Below, in pieces: positions 11,185 through 23,600 of a DNA stretch of 64,000 nt. The DNA comes from Macrostomum lignano (lineage: Eukaryota). The stretch spans positions 620,001-684,000 of the forward strand of contig NIVC01000087.1 in the NCBI GenBank assembly GCA_002269645.1, given 5' to 3'. Position numbers and translations under genes: made by a program. The notes beneath the pieces were generated by a model. That model searched no databases. It had not been told where the DNA came from and saw nothing but the letters and a program-made list of their open reading frames with translations. Position 1 is the stretch's first letter. Each line of letters begins with the position of its first letter.

Positions 11185-13494
11185 TATATTTCCATTAAAC
11201 TTATTTAAAGATAGTTTTTTGTATAATCATATTTAAATTGCACTGAAAAACTTTCTTTTCTACTTTGTCAACAATGTTTTGCTTTTAATTTTTGTTTCTA
11301 TGATTTATTAGAATAATTTTGTTATACATATTTCTAGTTGTTAAAATAAAATGCAATATCTTTAGATAATATAATTTTCAAAGACAATTTTCTAGAAAGA
11401 AAACATATTAAATAGAGATAGGAAAATTTTTTATCTTATATAATATATAATCATACATGCGCAACTGCTGGCCGACCTGGCCACTGTAAATTTTGGTGGA
11501 CCAATGGTAAGTCGCAAAAATGCCCAGCCTAAATAGATGTACTAATTAGATAATGAGGCATTTAGCCCTTATAAGACAGTTATAGTTACTCCTGCTGTTT
11601 ACCCAAAATTGCATTAGGGTTTCTTTTATAGGTAAGTTGCATTTTTGGTCAAGAAGTAAGTTGCATGGCCAGTGTAAATCAGGGGGGTTGTGCATGTATG
11701 TATATAATCAATGATTACATTTCATTTTAGACAATAAAAATGACTACTTTTTATTTATAATATATAGGCCCTTAATAGGCCCTATATTTTTGGCTTAATA
11801 TATTCTAGGCCAAGTTGATATAAATTTTGCAAGTTTTTTTAATTAAACCTTCTCTTTGTTTTAAAGTTTTTATTGGGCTTATTTATATTTACTAATATAT
11901 TTTTTGCCAAAATGTCACAGCCATTTTCCAAGTAGATTTAAATTTAATGAAATATTTTAATAATAGATAAAATTAAATAAAAAAGAACTTTTATCACCCA
12001 GGGTAGGTCTAAAATCTAATGCAATATATAGGGGGTCTAGGCTTTTATATTAACATTGGCCTTGCCTTTTCTTTATTATTTTTTTAGCCTATAATTATTT
12101 AATATTGTTAGGCTTTTAATAATAATTAAATATATAAAATAAGTTTGAAATAAGATATAGAACTGGACCTATACCAACAATAAAAGTTGAGTTATTCAAT
12201 AATATATATTTTAAAAGTTTTTAGTTTAAATTCTTAAGACTAGGGGGCTTTTCACATTGCCCATTCTAGAACCATAATCAATTTGGATCTTCCAAGAAAA
12301 AAAAACTATATAACTATTTAACTTTGCTGAATATTTGACTACTTTAACAGCTTCACTTTGCACAATTTTTCACTTTATTCTTGGCTATTACCATTCAATA
12401 ATTATAATCACAACTTTAAGCACTTATATCCTTCTAGTTTAAGGAACAAAAAGTTATACTTTACAAATTGGATCTAGTTCTAAAACTAGAATAAGCAATA
12501 TAAATAGGCTTTAGATAGGCTATTTTAGTTTTGAAGTTTATAATATCATGACTCATGAGCCCTGAGCAGTACTCCTAGACCTAGAAAAATAACAATGTTA
12601 TAGGCCTAAGGTCAAAGCAAATTTTTGCCAAAGTATTAAAAAAAGTTTTACCCTTTATCTTTAGGTCTTCTTTTATGAATGAGCCTAAGATCCTTAATTT
12701 ATTAAGGCTTTTATTTACATTTAAACTGAAATATTAGGCCTAGACAGCAAGCTTATTTTTTACTCTTAAATGTTTACCATAGTTATAAATAGGCCCTGTC
12801 CCTAGGCCTACCTAATTTCAAACTTAAGTCTAAGAATGAAACAAAGTAGGCTCTAGAAAAAAAATAATTTTTAAGATAGCTTTCTAATTCATTTAAGTGT
12901 CTATTTTGTCTCTTGACTTTTACATTTAGGTCCTATAAGAAAAAAAGGTAGAATAAAGACAAAGTTAGGTGTGTAGGCCTATAAAGGACAAATACAAAGT
13001 AGGCCCCTATAGTAAAATAAAGACAAACAACTCTTGCTAGAGTTGCACGCTCAATCAATACAATGAATAGGTCTTAGATAAAGCTTAAATCAACATTAAA
13101 CGCGAAAAAAAGTGTTTCTTTCAACCCACAATGCCAGTAGGCCTTAGACTAGGGCCTAAGGGTATGGGTAAGGCTTAGTCAGGGTATATTTGATCGATGA
13201 AACAAACGAAAGCTCAATGTAAACGACTGTAGTCAGAAGTTATCAAATCAATAAGGAAGAAATAAAAAATAGCATTACAAGAGGGAGGTGAGTGAGCGGG
13301 ATGGGGGCTGGGGAGCGAGAGGGAAACCAAAGATTTACTCTCTAGGCCTAACTCATAACTGTCCAAATTTCTATGTATTTTTTTATAATTAAGTGTGCAT
13401 ACATTTAACTCCAAACCGACCAAACAGCACATAGACTAAATATCTACTACATTCTAAAACATAATTTTCAAGTCAAAATTCCAGCTTTTAGGCG

Positions 13495-14411
13495 CCAGGC
13501 ACGTATTAAACATTCGCCGACACTTGTTCAGACACTTCTACAGACACTTTAGTTTCTGTCGTACGAATCTTTTTTTTAGGAACAAGCATTAAATTTGTTT
13601 ATTCCTAACAAACTATCAGTTTTAAAATGCTTTATTTTAAGCTTTTTTGCTTTATTTTATGTAAAGTATTTTTATGTATCAATTAAATCTCCGCACTTTT
13701 TATGATGTGTCCGACATTCTTGAATATTATTTAGTTAGTATTTATTCAGTAGTGAGTTTCTATTTCCGCGATTCTTACTGTACGTACTTTACTACTATTG
13801 TTTTACTGTATGCTAATTCCTATCGTATTTCAAACGCGAATGCGCTGTGTTTTGAGTGTTAGTTCTCCTGTGCGCCGTAGTAGTTGTAGTCGTAGGGTTT
13901 CATAGCCGTTCCAGAGTTCCAGTCGACCCAGTTTTTAATTCAATAATAGATATAGACATTATTTAGAATAATCTTAATTACTTTGACTACATAGATTGTT
14001 CAGATACGAATACAAATATATAAATGAAATGAATTAAGGCGCATTGCATCCACAAGCCAAGAACGCATTCGGCATTCGTTCATTCATCTGTCATCACAAC
14101 GAAAATAAGGCGATTCTTTGAATTCTTGGACTTCAAGAAACTTATTTTACATTTATTAAAAATGATTTAGGAAGTGTCCTGGACAAATTTAACATTCTTC
14201 TTTACGTGAAGAGAATCTATGCAGAATAACAAATTTCATGATTCATATTTAATAAAATAAAGCAAAAAAAGCTTAAAATAAAGCATTTTACTGATAGTTT
14301 GTTAGAAATAAACAAATTTAATGCTTGTTCCTACGATTCGTACGACAGAAACTAAAGTGTCTGTAGAAGTGTCTGAATATAAGTGTCGGCGAATGTTTAA
14401 TACGTGCCTGG
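13495..14411. mobile_element. Non-autonomous DNA transposon/MITE (~917 bp) with ~170-bp terminal inverted repeats
   Basis: CCAGGCACGTATTAAACATTCGCCGACACTT... at 13495 is mirrored by ...AAGTGTCGGCGAATGTTTAATACGTGCCTGG ending 14411. No clear TSD recognised. Confidence 0.8.
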
Positions 14412-15464
14412 TGGGAGGATGGGGCCCGCGGGCATTCTTGTCGGAAAAAAGAAATGTTTAGATTTATTCTTAAGGAGTGCATTTAAAACAAATATTTTGT
14501 AAATATTTTTCTTCCAATGCACAGGACGTCAGAATGAATTTCCTGTAATTTTATCGCCTAAAATGATTTGATAGCGTATGATTTTGTGCAGAAAAGTAGC
14601 GCGATAATTTTTTACTTTATATTCTCAGCGGCTTCATAATCTTTTGCAGCTAAAAACACTCTTTTGATTCGATAGTTCTGTGTTCAAGCTGTACCTGATC
14701 AAAAATGATTAATTAATCAAGCCAGAACTCTGAGAGGCAGGTTCTTCTTGACACCATCTTCGAACTCTTGGTTCCCCGTTCGGGAACAAAGCACGACAGT
14801 CTTATTTTATGAACCTCGGGGCCCTCCTGATCAATCCTCTCACCCGCCATAGCAGGTTGAGAATGTATATTGATGGGGGGCTGAAAAATTCGGGCACAGA
14901 TTGAATGAGTTTAAAAAATGCATGACTCTACGTCTCAAATGCTTTTTACGTCATACAGCAATTCGCTGTCAACAACCCATTGCACGATTATTCGCCGCCT
15001 CCTCCTTGGATTTTTCAGGACAAATATCATTTTTCTGAAAAAAATGGATTTCTCGATAAATAGTAAAGGTTTTAGTCGTCTCTAGCACGTGTACGATGCA
15101 TTTCCAGGTTGGATGTGGTCGGGGGTCAAAATTCCCTACATGTATTATTAAACCTTAGCATGATCTCGGGCGACGATCCTCTAGCTCCACATGCAAGCTG
15201 GTGTACTGTTTTGGTATGCAAACGAGCTCCTGGGCGCAGCAGGGATTGCAATTAGCGCAGGCGCAAATGCAGAATCGTACTCAGGGTCGCAAACGTAGAG
15301 TCTTTCAAACACAGAGTCGCAAATTAGGGGTCGCAAAGTGCAGAGTCGCAAATGTACAGTAAAGTTAAAAAGTTCAGGGTCACATACGCGGGATCTCAAA
15401 AACTTAGGGATAAACGCTTTTTAGTCTAAAAAAGAACGCAAAGATATAAAGTTCGCGCTTATCT

Positions 15465-16515
15465 ACAACAACAACAGAATACGCGTTAAGCGTCACAGGG
15501 CACGCCTCAAGGCCAGTTCGCGAATGAACGTCACGCCGCCGGCCGAATCCGGGGCGCCGGCGTCAGCCAGTAGGCAGTCGACGAAACGCCGAGTGCACGC
15601 CTGCCCCCGCCGGTAGCGTGCCTGCAGTGTCAGCAGCAGCACCTGCACCGGCTGAGAGCAGTACGACTCGGCGCGGATGATGTGGCCTGCCAGCTGGAGT
15701 CGCCAACAGGTTGCTTGGACAGACCAGGCCGGCGCGGTGATACAAAGCCGCGTTGGTCACTCGCTCGTAGCCGATCTTAAAGGCGGCGCGCAGCAGGCCA
15801 GCATGCACCCCGTCAACTTGTTGCTCGACGACTCGTCAGCGTCCAGGTCTCGGCGTTGTACAGCAGAACGGTCTCGATCACCGCCTAGAACAACGCCGCC
15901 CTCTGGCGGTCAGGTAACGCCTCGGACTGCAGGACTGCCCTCACAGAACGAAAGGCAGCCCAGGCAAGCCCGCGGCGACGCCGCAAATCCTCGTGAACGC
16001 CGGGAACCAGACCGCGGAGGTAGACGAACTGCTGACAACGCAGAAGTTTTGTCGCCTGTCCATCAGCGCCTCGGTACAAAATCGCAGCCTCGATGTCGTC
16101 CGGCACACAGAGCACGCCAGTCTTCTGCGTGTTAACCACCAGGCCGACACTCGCCGCAACAGCAACTAGCTTGTCCAGTTGTCGCTGGGCGCCCTCGACA
16201 GTTAAGGAGAGCAGGGCGAGATCGTCGGCGTAGCCAAGCACACTGAGTCGCCTCTCCGGTTGACGTCGACCCACGCGTCGCAGCAACAGAAAGCCGTCGT
16301 AGTTGGTAGGAAGAGCGGTCCGCAGCACCCAGTCAAGCACCAGAACGAACAGGAATGGCGCAAGCGTATCTCCCTGAAGCACCCCGGAGGATGTCTCAAC
16401 CGATAGGCCGTCCGGTGTTGAAAAAGCAGCTTTCGTATCACGGTACGTCGCCATGATGGCGAAATCAGCTGCTCTGGCACGTTGTACGCACGGAGCACCT
16501 TTGGGAGCGCAGACC
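15465..16515 (-). mobile_element. 5'-truncated, frameshifted non-LTR retrotransposon (RT domain; probably RTE-like)
   Basis: ORF 15885-16454 has GVLQGDTLAPFLFVLVLDW and YADD. The upstream VLRAYNVPEQLIS and downstream LLRAAFKIG segments are in other frames. Short (GTT)n tail at ~15465-15476. Confidence 0.88.
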
Positions 16516-16594
16516 CCGAATCGGGGATACCGGCTGAGTCCGGGTCCTCTTGCGCCTTGTGCCCCTTTCCCGACCCCTTGGCCTGGCCTCCAAT

Positions 16595-17869
16595 TAGGGG
16601 TGTTCGGGGTTTGGGGTTAGGTCGGGGTTCGGGTCGGGATTAGGGGTCGGGGTTCGGGGTCCCGATGAATGTTCGGGATGGGGTTCAGGGTTCCCGATAA
16701 ATGTTCGGGATCGGGATTCGGGACGGGATTTTGGACCGGGATTTCGGGGTTTTCGGGGTTTCGCAAATTTTCTGCATTCCCATAGAACTACGAAAAAATC
16801 CTTATGAATTAGAATTAGCTTTTTTCGTTTTTAACGTGAGGTCATGTGGAGCCTTGAGCAGGAGCTTTCTGAGCAAGATGCCGCAGCTGCTGCCAGAAGC
16901 GCAAATACAATGGCCGCTACCGAGGAGATGCACGATAATGTCATTTTGGGTACTGAAGAGAGCTCTGGATGCAAGTTTTTGCAGTTCTGCAGATTATCTG
17001 GAATTACCACTCAGGAGTGCAATGCGACTGCGAGTGCATCGAACTCCGGCGCCAGAGGAGACGCGAGGAAGAAGGAAGCGAGGCGCAGAGCAGCTGATCA
17101 GCTTTCTCTGTACAGGAGTCTAGCGCAGCAGAATTTTCAGGTAGCAGTCAGCGAATTCTGGAAGCAGAACTCCGCTAATCTTCCAGAACTGGCAGAGCTC
17201 GCTAAGCTTCACCTCACTGCCCCAGCATCATCTGTCCCAACAGAGTGCGCCTTCAGTGCTGCCGGTTTTCTAAAGCGCAAGGAACGCTGCATCCTTTCCA
17301 GCTCATCGCTCAGCAAGTTAATGTTCTTGCGAGATAAATTCGATTAGCTGTATGCCATATTCGTTGAGCCAGAGACTGTAAAGTGACTCGCGTTCTATTC
17401 TATTATCACTTGGTAGTCTGATCATTCAGATTAGATGACATGAGAATTCAGATTATTTTAGTGTTTACTAGCGTCAACGTGCATCAATGGCAATGCCAAC
17501 AAAGACTAAGTAAACGAGATTAAGAAAAAGAGAGATTGATTCTTGATTGATAAGATAGCTTCCATCTCTGCAGAGAAAGAGGCACATGATGTTTCACACA
17601 TCAAAAGAAATGCAACCTGCCTAAAATTAATTTCACATTAACTTTAAGTTGAACTGAAACAGGCTAATAGTCGTAAGAAGCCGTCAATACCACTTTTATT
17701 TCATGCTATTGCTTACTTCGGGGTTATCGGGGTTCGGGGTCGGTATTAGGGTTCGGGACGGGGTTCGGGGTTCCCGATAAATGTTCGGGACGGGGTTCGG
17801 GATTCCCGAAAGATGTTCGGGATCGGGGTTAACCCGAACCCCGAAAAAATGCCATCCCGAACACCCCTA
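16595..17869 (+). mobile_element. Internally deleted hAT transposon retaining the C-terminal dimerization domain
   Basis: 14-bp TIR TAGGGGTGTTCGGG / CCCGAACACCCCTA; perfect 8-bp TSD CCTCCAAT (16587-94, 17870-77); GGGGTTC subterminal repeats. ORF 16844-17347 has FWKQN..LPELAELAKLHLTAPASSVPTECAFSAAG...R..L....L..LMFL (hATC). Confidence 0.92.
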
Positions 17870-18444
17870 CCTCCAATCTAAAGCTGGATAGGTGATACCC
17901 TTGTGGCTTGCAGCCCTATAAGAGGGTTTTGCTAGGTTTACCTCTTGATAGGAGACTCGCCCTCGGAATCAAGCCTTCCAGCCAAATACCAAATTCCTAA
18001 CTATTGCTTTTTCCGTAGACCTCTGGAATTTCCCCGCTCTCGGACCGCTCTAAGTAGCAAGCTAAGCTTTTCAAACCCTTTTTCGCGCGCACTCCCAAAG
18101 ACTTCCCTGCTGGGTGGTGGCCTAAGTGGACTCGGTCCTAGCATCGTCCCTGATCCCACTTTTGGGTTGGCGGTGCCTTAGTCCATAGGCTTGGGTTAGT
18201 AGGCAGTTCACACCCAGCCCTAGCCACGACGTTAGGGTCTAACCAACTAGTGGGTATCTCGGGCTTAGGCCCCTGGAAGTGCCCATCAGCGGCAAAGCCC
18301 CTCTCAGGGCATCCGCGGGTAGCAACAGCTCCCACCCCGTTTAACAACAACAATAACGCAATTCTAACTGCATACAGACTAGTACAGGAACAGGACTAAC
18401 CATACATGTATTAGTAGGTTCCGCGTATTCTGATGGGTTTCGAC

Positions 18445-21400
18445 CTTCCGGCCCCCTTGTGGGGAAACCTTCGGGCCTCAGGTCTCAGAAATAAATCAAT
18501 TAGAGTCCTGGCCCCCCACTCCTGTCAGATGGTCAGCCCCGTGGTAGCTTGATCGTGTGGCGAGCAGTCTAGGTCCTATAGCTAAGAGAGGGACAGCGAG
18601 AGACAAGCAGGGAGAATTTTGAAGGTAGAAATTAGTTAATCCGCAGATTAGGTAACTCGCTGCCACCAGCCCGTGCGTCCTGGCTCACCAAACCGGGACT
18701 CTCGAAATCGGGCTTCCGACTAGAGGGGGCTTTGCACTTACCTGCCAACTAGTGTCTTTTTGCTGTCAATCTCGAAGTCATAGCCGATGCCGAGGTACAG
18801 AGGGGACTTGTGCAGGGGATTCTTGCAGTGGCGAGACTATGGGGTAGCTACATGTACTATTACATTGCTAAATACGAAAATATGTACTTTTGGCCGTCAA
18901 CGCGCCAACTAGCCTCTCCTAGCGCTGATGATAGACTAACTCGAACTTCAGAGACCGCATGATTCATTACCCGAGCCGCTTGGCTAACCTAGAGTGCACA
19001 AAGTACATCTCTGGCGCCGATTCTGCACTTCTGGCAGTTTTGCTCACTGATTTGGTAGTTTGATCGACTGAGAACTGCCTTGCCATTGGTCCACTGTGAC
19101 CGGTGCCTACTAGCTTAGCTATTCATCTGAGCCATCGGCGAACAAAGAAATAAAACCGATAAAAATAACTGTTAGATTTAACCTTCTCCTTAGATCACTT
19201 CACATCTCAGATTGAATTGGAGTTCAGACTACTAGCAGTATTATTGAATGATTTCTGCCTCGATTACAGCACTACTGAACAAAATGAGCAAAAGTGTGCG
19301 TCTAATCCAGCTACTGAAACAGGGGACAGATAAGGAATCACCAATCAAGCAAGTCTAGGCAGCCTCTCACCCAACCAATCAGAATTTCAACAGCCGGAGA
19401 CTAGGTAATCCACAGTGACCGAATCGGCTTAGTGCTTCGCAGCTGTAGGCCCGGGATGATGCTAATTAGACCGAGTGTTCTCAAAGTGGGGGGCTTGTTA
19501 AATGTGACGATTGTTCAGGGTTTTTTAGTCTGTTGTCTGCTGCGGCGTCGCAATCTTCGCTGATGGCTAGCAGGTGATGGATGATCTTTAACCTTGATGT
19601 TCGCTGCTGACGACCGGGGGAATTCGTCCTTGATGGTGATGGGGGGTGTCGCGATCCGGGGATCAAGAAACGTCGGTCAATTCCTGGCCGGTGGAGCCAA
19701 GGGTGGCACCCGGTCGCAAGAAGGTTTGCAGGGGTAGCACCCGGAATGCAGTCCGAGCGGGCCGAAAACACCGGTTTAAATAGCCACCAACTGGACCGCA
19801 GTTTGTTATAATGAGACACCTCGATTCTGATTGGCTGAGCCGATTTGTTAAAATGAGCGTCGAATTTTCTGATTGGCTAAGCTTGTTGCTACCCAGAATC
19901 ACGTGACCGGGAGATCCTATCAGTTCCCTCGGGGTCGTAAAAACATGACAGGTGCGGCCATAAATCAATCAAAATCGCAACAATATGATTTATGACTTTT
20001 CGCGTAGAATTGACAGAAATTAATTAAAAAAACATACATTAGAAAGCTCTTATTAAATAGAAAGTGAAGATAATGAAGAGAAATTGCTAATCGCTAATCC
20101 CAAAGTACTTTTAGGGGTAAAACGCATAGCTGTCAAAGCTGTCACACGCTTGAGTGAACACGAACAATAGGCTCTGACCTCATAAATCTTGATGGCCTGT
20201 CAAAATGATGAGAAAAAAGCTACCGCCCGCATCCTCTCAGACCATCTGGCGCCCGTCTCAACACTGAGTGAGGCGCAGGTGGCTGTCAGACCAGCTTCGA
20301 AAGCAATGATTTATGACCCAAAAAGCTGCGCCTATGTTATTATGACTACTAGTATGACCAAACATTATATCTAGTATAGATTCTATGACAATTCGCAGAA
20401 AACGGATAAAAATGCCCATTGCCCACTGTTAGTAGGCAAGTAAGTTTAGAGCCCATGTGCTAGCGCGGGATTTGGAAAAAAGTGCGTCCTCATCACTAAT
20501 GTATATTTTTTCATTAGTCTTTGTCAATTCTACGCGGAAAGTCATAAATCATTTTGTTGCGATTTTGATTGATTTATGGCCGCACCCGTCATATTTTTAC
20601 GACCCTGAGGGAACTGATGGGATCTCCCGGTCACGTGAATTTGGGTGGCAACAAGCTCAGCCAATCAGAAAATTCGACGTGCGTTATTACAAATCGGCTC
20701 AGCCAATCAGAATCGAGGTGTTCCATTATAACAAATTGCGGTCCAGTTGGCGGCTATTTAAACCGGCGTTTTTGGCCCGCTCGGAGCTCAACTGGCTGGA
20801 ATTCGGCTCCACCTCCTAGGACTTTGGCCTAACGGAGCCCGACCGTCGTCTCTTGATCCCCGGATCGCGACACCCCCCATCACCATCAAGGACGAATTCC
20901 CCCGGTCGTCAACAGCGAACATCAAGGTTAAAGATCATCACCTGCTAGCTATCTGCGAAGTTTGTGACATCAGCATCATCCCGAGCCTACAGCTGCGAAG
21001 CACTAAGCCGATTCGGTCACTGTGGATTACCTGGTCTCCGGCTGTTGAAATTCTGATTGGTTGGGTGAGAGGCTGCCTAGACTTGCTTGATTGGGTGATT
21101 CCTTATCTGTCCCCTGTTTCAGTAGCTGGATTAGGCGCACACTTTTGCTCATTTTGTTCAGTAGTGCTGTAATCGAGGCAGAAATCATTCAATAATACTG
21201 CTAGTAGTCTGAACTCCAATTCAATCTGAGATGTGAAGTGATCTAAGGAGAAGGTTAAATCTAACAGTTATTTTTATCGGTTTTATTTCTTTGTTCGCCG
21301 ATGGCTCAGATGAATAGCTAAGCTAGTAGGCACCGGTCACAGTGGACCAATGGCAAGGCAGTTCTCAGTCGATCAATCCATCAAATCAGTTAGCGAAATT

Positions 21401-22030
21401 GCCAATAGTGCAGAATCGGCGCCAGAGATGTACTCTGTGCACTCTAGGTTAGCCAAGCGGCTCGGGTAAAGTATCATGCGGTCTCCGATGTTCGAGTTAG
21501 CCTATCATCAGCGCTAGGAGAGGCTGGTTGGCGCATTGAAGGCCAAAAGTACAATTCCTCGTATTTAGCAATGTAATAGTACATGTAGCTACCCCATAGT
21601 CTCGCCACTACAAGAATCCCCTGCACAAGTCCCCTCTGTACCTGCATTGCCAATGCGATCAAGTCCCAGCAGTGTCCTTCTTATTATCGGCTATGACTTC
21701 GAGATTGACAGCAAAAAGACACTAGTTGGCAGGTAAGGCTAAGCCCCCTCTAGTCGGAAGCCCGATTTCGAGAGTCCCGGTTTGGTGAGCCAGGACGCAC
21801 GGGCTGGTGGCAGCGAGTTAGCTTAGTCTGCGGATTAGTTGATCTCTACCTTCGAAATTCTCCCTGCTTGTCTCTCGCTGTCCCTCTCTTAGCTATAGGA
21901 CCTAGACTGCTCGCCACAAGATTAAGCTACCATGGGGCTGACCATCTGACAGGAGTGGGGGGCCAGGACTCTAATTGATTTATTTCTGAGACCTGAGGCC
22001 CGAAGGCTTCCCCCCCCAGGGGGCCGAAAG
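18445..22030. repeat. Long inverted repeat: two diverged ~1.5-kb arms (~18445-20045 and ~20505-22030) head-to-head around a ~460-bp spacer
   Basis: 18475-18600 CCTCAGGTCTCAGAAATAAATCAATTAGAGTCC... is the reverse complement of 21860-22010, and 19960-20040 mirrors 20505-20590. The arms differ by substitutions and indels. Confidence 0.92.
20625..20765 (+). promoter_or_regulatory. Pol II promoter-like module (TCACGTGA, two CCAAT boxes, TATTTAAA), mirrored on the minus strand at ~19775-19910
   Basis: GGTCACGTGA ~20630, CAGCCAATCAG ~20658 and ~20700, CTATTTAAAC ~20755; same order in the left arm. Activity untested. Confidence 0.45.
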
Positions 22031-22769
22031 ATCATAAGCTTGAAATATAAAAATCCAAAGTACATAATATATTTCAAAGTAATAAAAGTAACCAAATTAA
22101 TGCATGATAAAATGTATCATATAGCTATATTTTAATATATCTTTATAATTAACTATCTAGATATAAGTCATATAAAGCAAAGTAATTCATAAAACAAGTG
22201 TTGCATGCTCCAGATTACATGCAGTTGGCTTAAATCTAACTAATGTTGACACGAAACAGATACTGAGTATGCTATAACTATTGAAAAGAATGGTTCTACT
22301 GTAACGATAGGAAACAGATAAAAAAATTAAATAAAATACTAACATAATAAACAAAAGCATGCGAACGCGTTACATATGCGTTGTGCACACGCATGGTGCA
22401 CGCTGTTCGCTTTACTGGAGATTTGAATAATTAACCATTATTTTTAATTTGCTTTGAGCAAAGTATCGCGTCTAAAACGCACTAAATACACTAGCGTAAT
22501 ACGCGTGTTTTACGCGCTGTGTATGACATTACGCTCCAAATGTGCGCGTAATTCGCGCGTACCTGTTGATTGAGTTTGTTAATGTCACAGTGTAATGTTC
22601 AGATTTTTTTCTAAATTTTGACTCTTCAGCCTCTTGGCTTACTGTCGCATGTTGTGAGTTGTGAGAGGAGAAATTAGAAAACGAGAAAAATAGACGAATG
22701 AAGATTTATCTCGTAAAAACAGATAACCTAGCTAGAAACATTTCGCCATAATATAGCATAAACGTAACG

Positions 22770-23600
22770 TCTGTGCATACTAAGAGTGGTGGCTGTGGCT
22801 GACTGACGAAGGCAAATAAGCCAGAAACAGATCTCCGTCTGCAAATGTCGGAGAGAAACAGGTTTGGCCCGAAGTGAATGAGCCTGGCCCAGGTGAAGAC
22901 CGGGAAATGGCAGATAAAGTGCTCATCATTTTCATTTCCCGAGCGACAGAAGGGGCACAGCTCCTTCGGTTACCTGGCCCTGAAGGAAGCGTTGGCGAGA
23001 GCAGCAGCCATGCCCGGAGAGGGCCATGCTGACTGCTCTGAGGTCTCTGCGGCTGAGCCTGAGCCAGCAATTATATGAGTGTCGTACCACCTGCGGAGAT
23101 GTCCGGAGTCAGCCCAGCGCTTGACGCGGGCCCTGAGATCGGCCTCAAAAGGCGGAGCCAGCCTTGGCCAGCAGGTCAGTGCACTCGTTGCCGAGGAAAC
23201 CAGCGTGGCGCTGGATCCATTAGAGCTCCACCTGACTGCCTAGCGCGAGTCCATTGAGCTGGGAATTGCAGTCCAGGACAGATTTGGAGCCGGTGGTGCT
23301 TTGGCAGAGTGCCCGAAGGGCTGCTTGGCTGTCGGAGTAAAAAATAACTTTCCAACAAACTAAGGTAAGGCTGATGGGCCTGAAGGCCTTCACCGATTGG
23401 TACATGTAGTCGCTCTTTCCAGGCTTGGCTCTTTTCAGGTCAGCCCAGTTCCATGCAAGTTCGGAGGTGCCGACAGAGGAGGTCCGAGAAGCGGTGGTTT
23501 TTCACCGCCACGTGCAAGAACGCTGGCTAGATGCCGTCGGGCCCAGGCGCCTTGAACGGATTTAAAAGATTGCCGCTCTAGTAATGCGGTCTTTGGTGAT
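22770..23600 (-). mobile_element. Degenerate RNase H-containing LINE (I/R1/LOA group) with a large internal deletion
   Basis: FKAPGPDGI* (~23530-23555), AFRPISLT (~23365-23390), then directly YSDSQAALRAL...QVEL*WIQRHAGFLGNECTDLLAK (RNase H) and LSRRDLRAVSMALSGH...EHFICHFP (C-terminal Zn-knuckle region). In-frame stops. May extend to ~24030. Confidence 0.8.

Noticed and set aside
16505-16590. HDV-like ribozyme at the 5' break of the LINE fragment
   Set aside because: Only simple hairpins (CCCCGAATCGGGG) were found; no nested double pseudoknot was identifiable by eye.
18420-18500. Hammerhead ribozyme at the outer end of the inverted-repeat arms (CTGA...GGCC...CGAAAC)
   Set aside because: The core CUGANGA is not intact in either arm and stems I/III could not be built; an Infernal search would be decisive.
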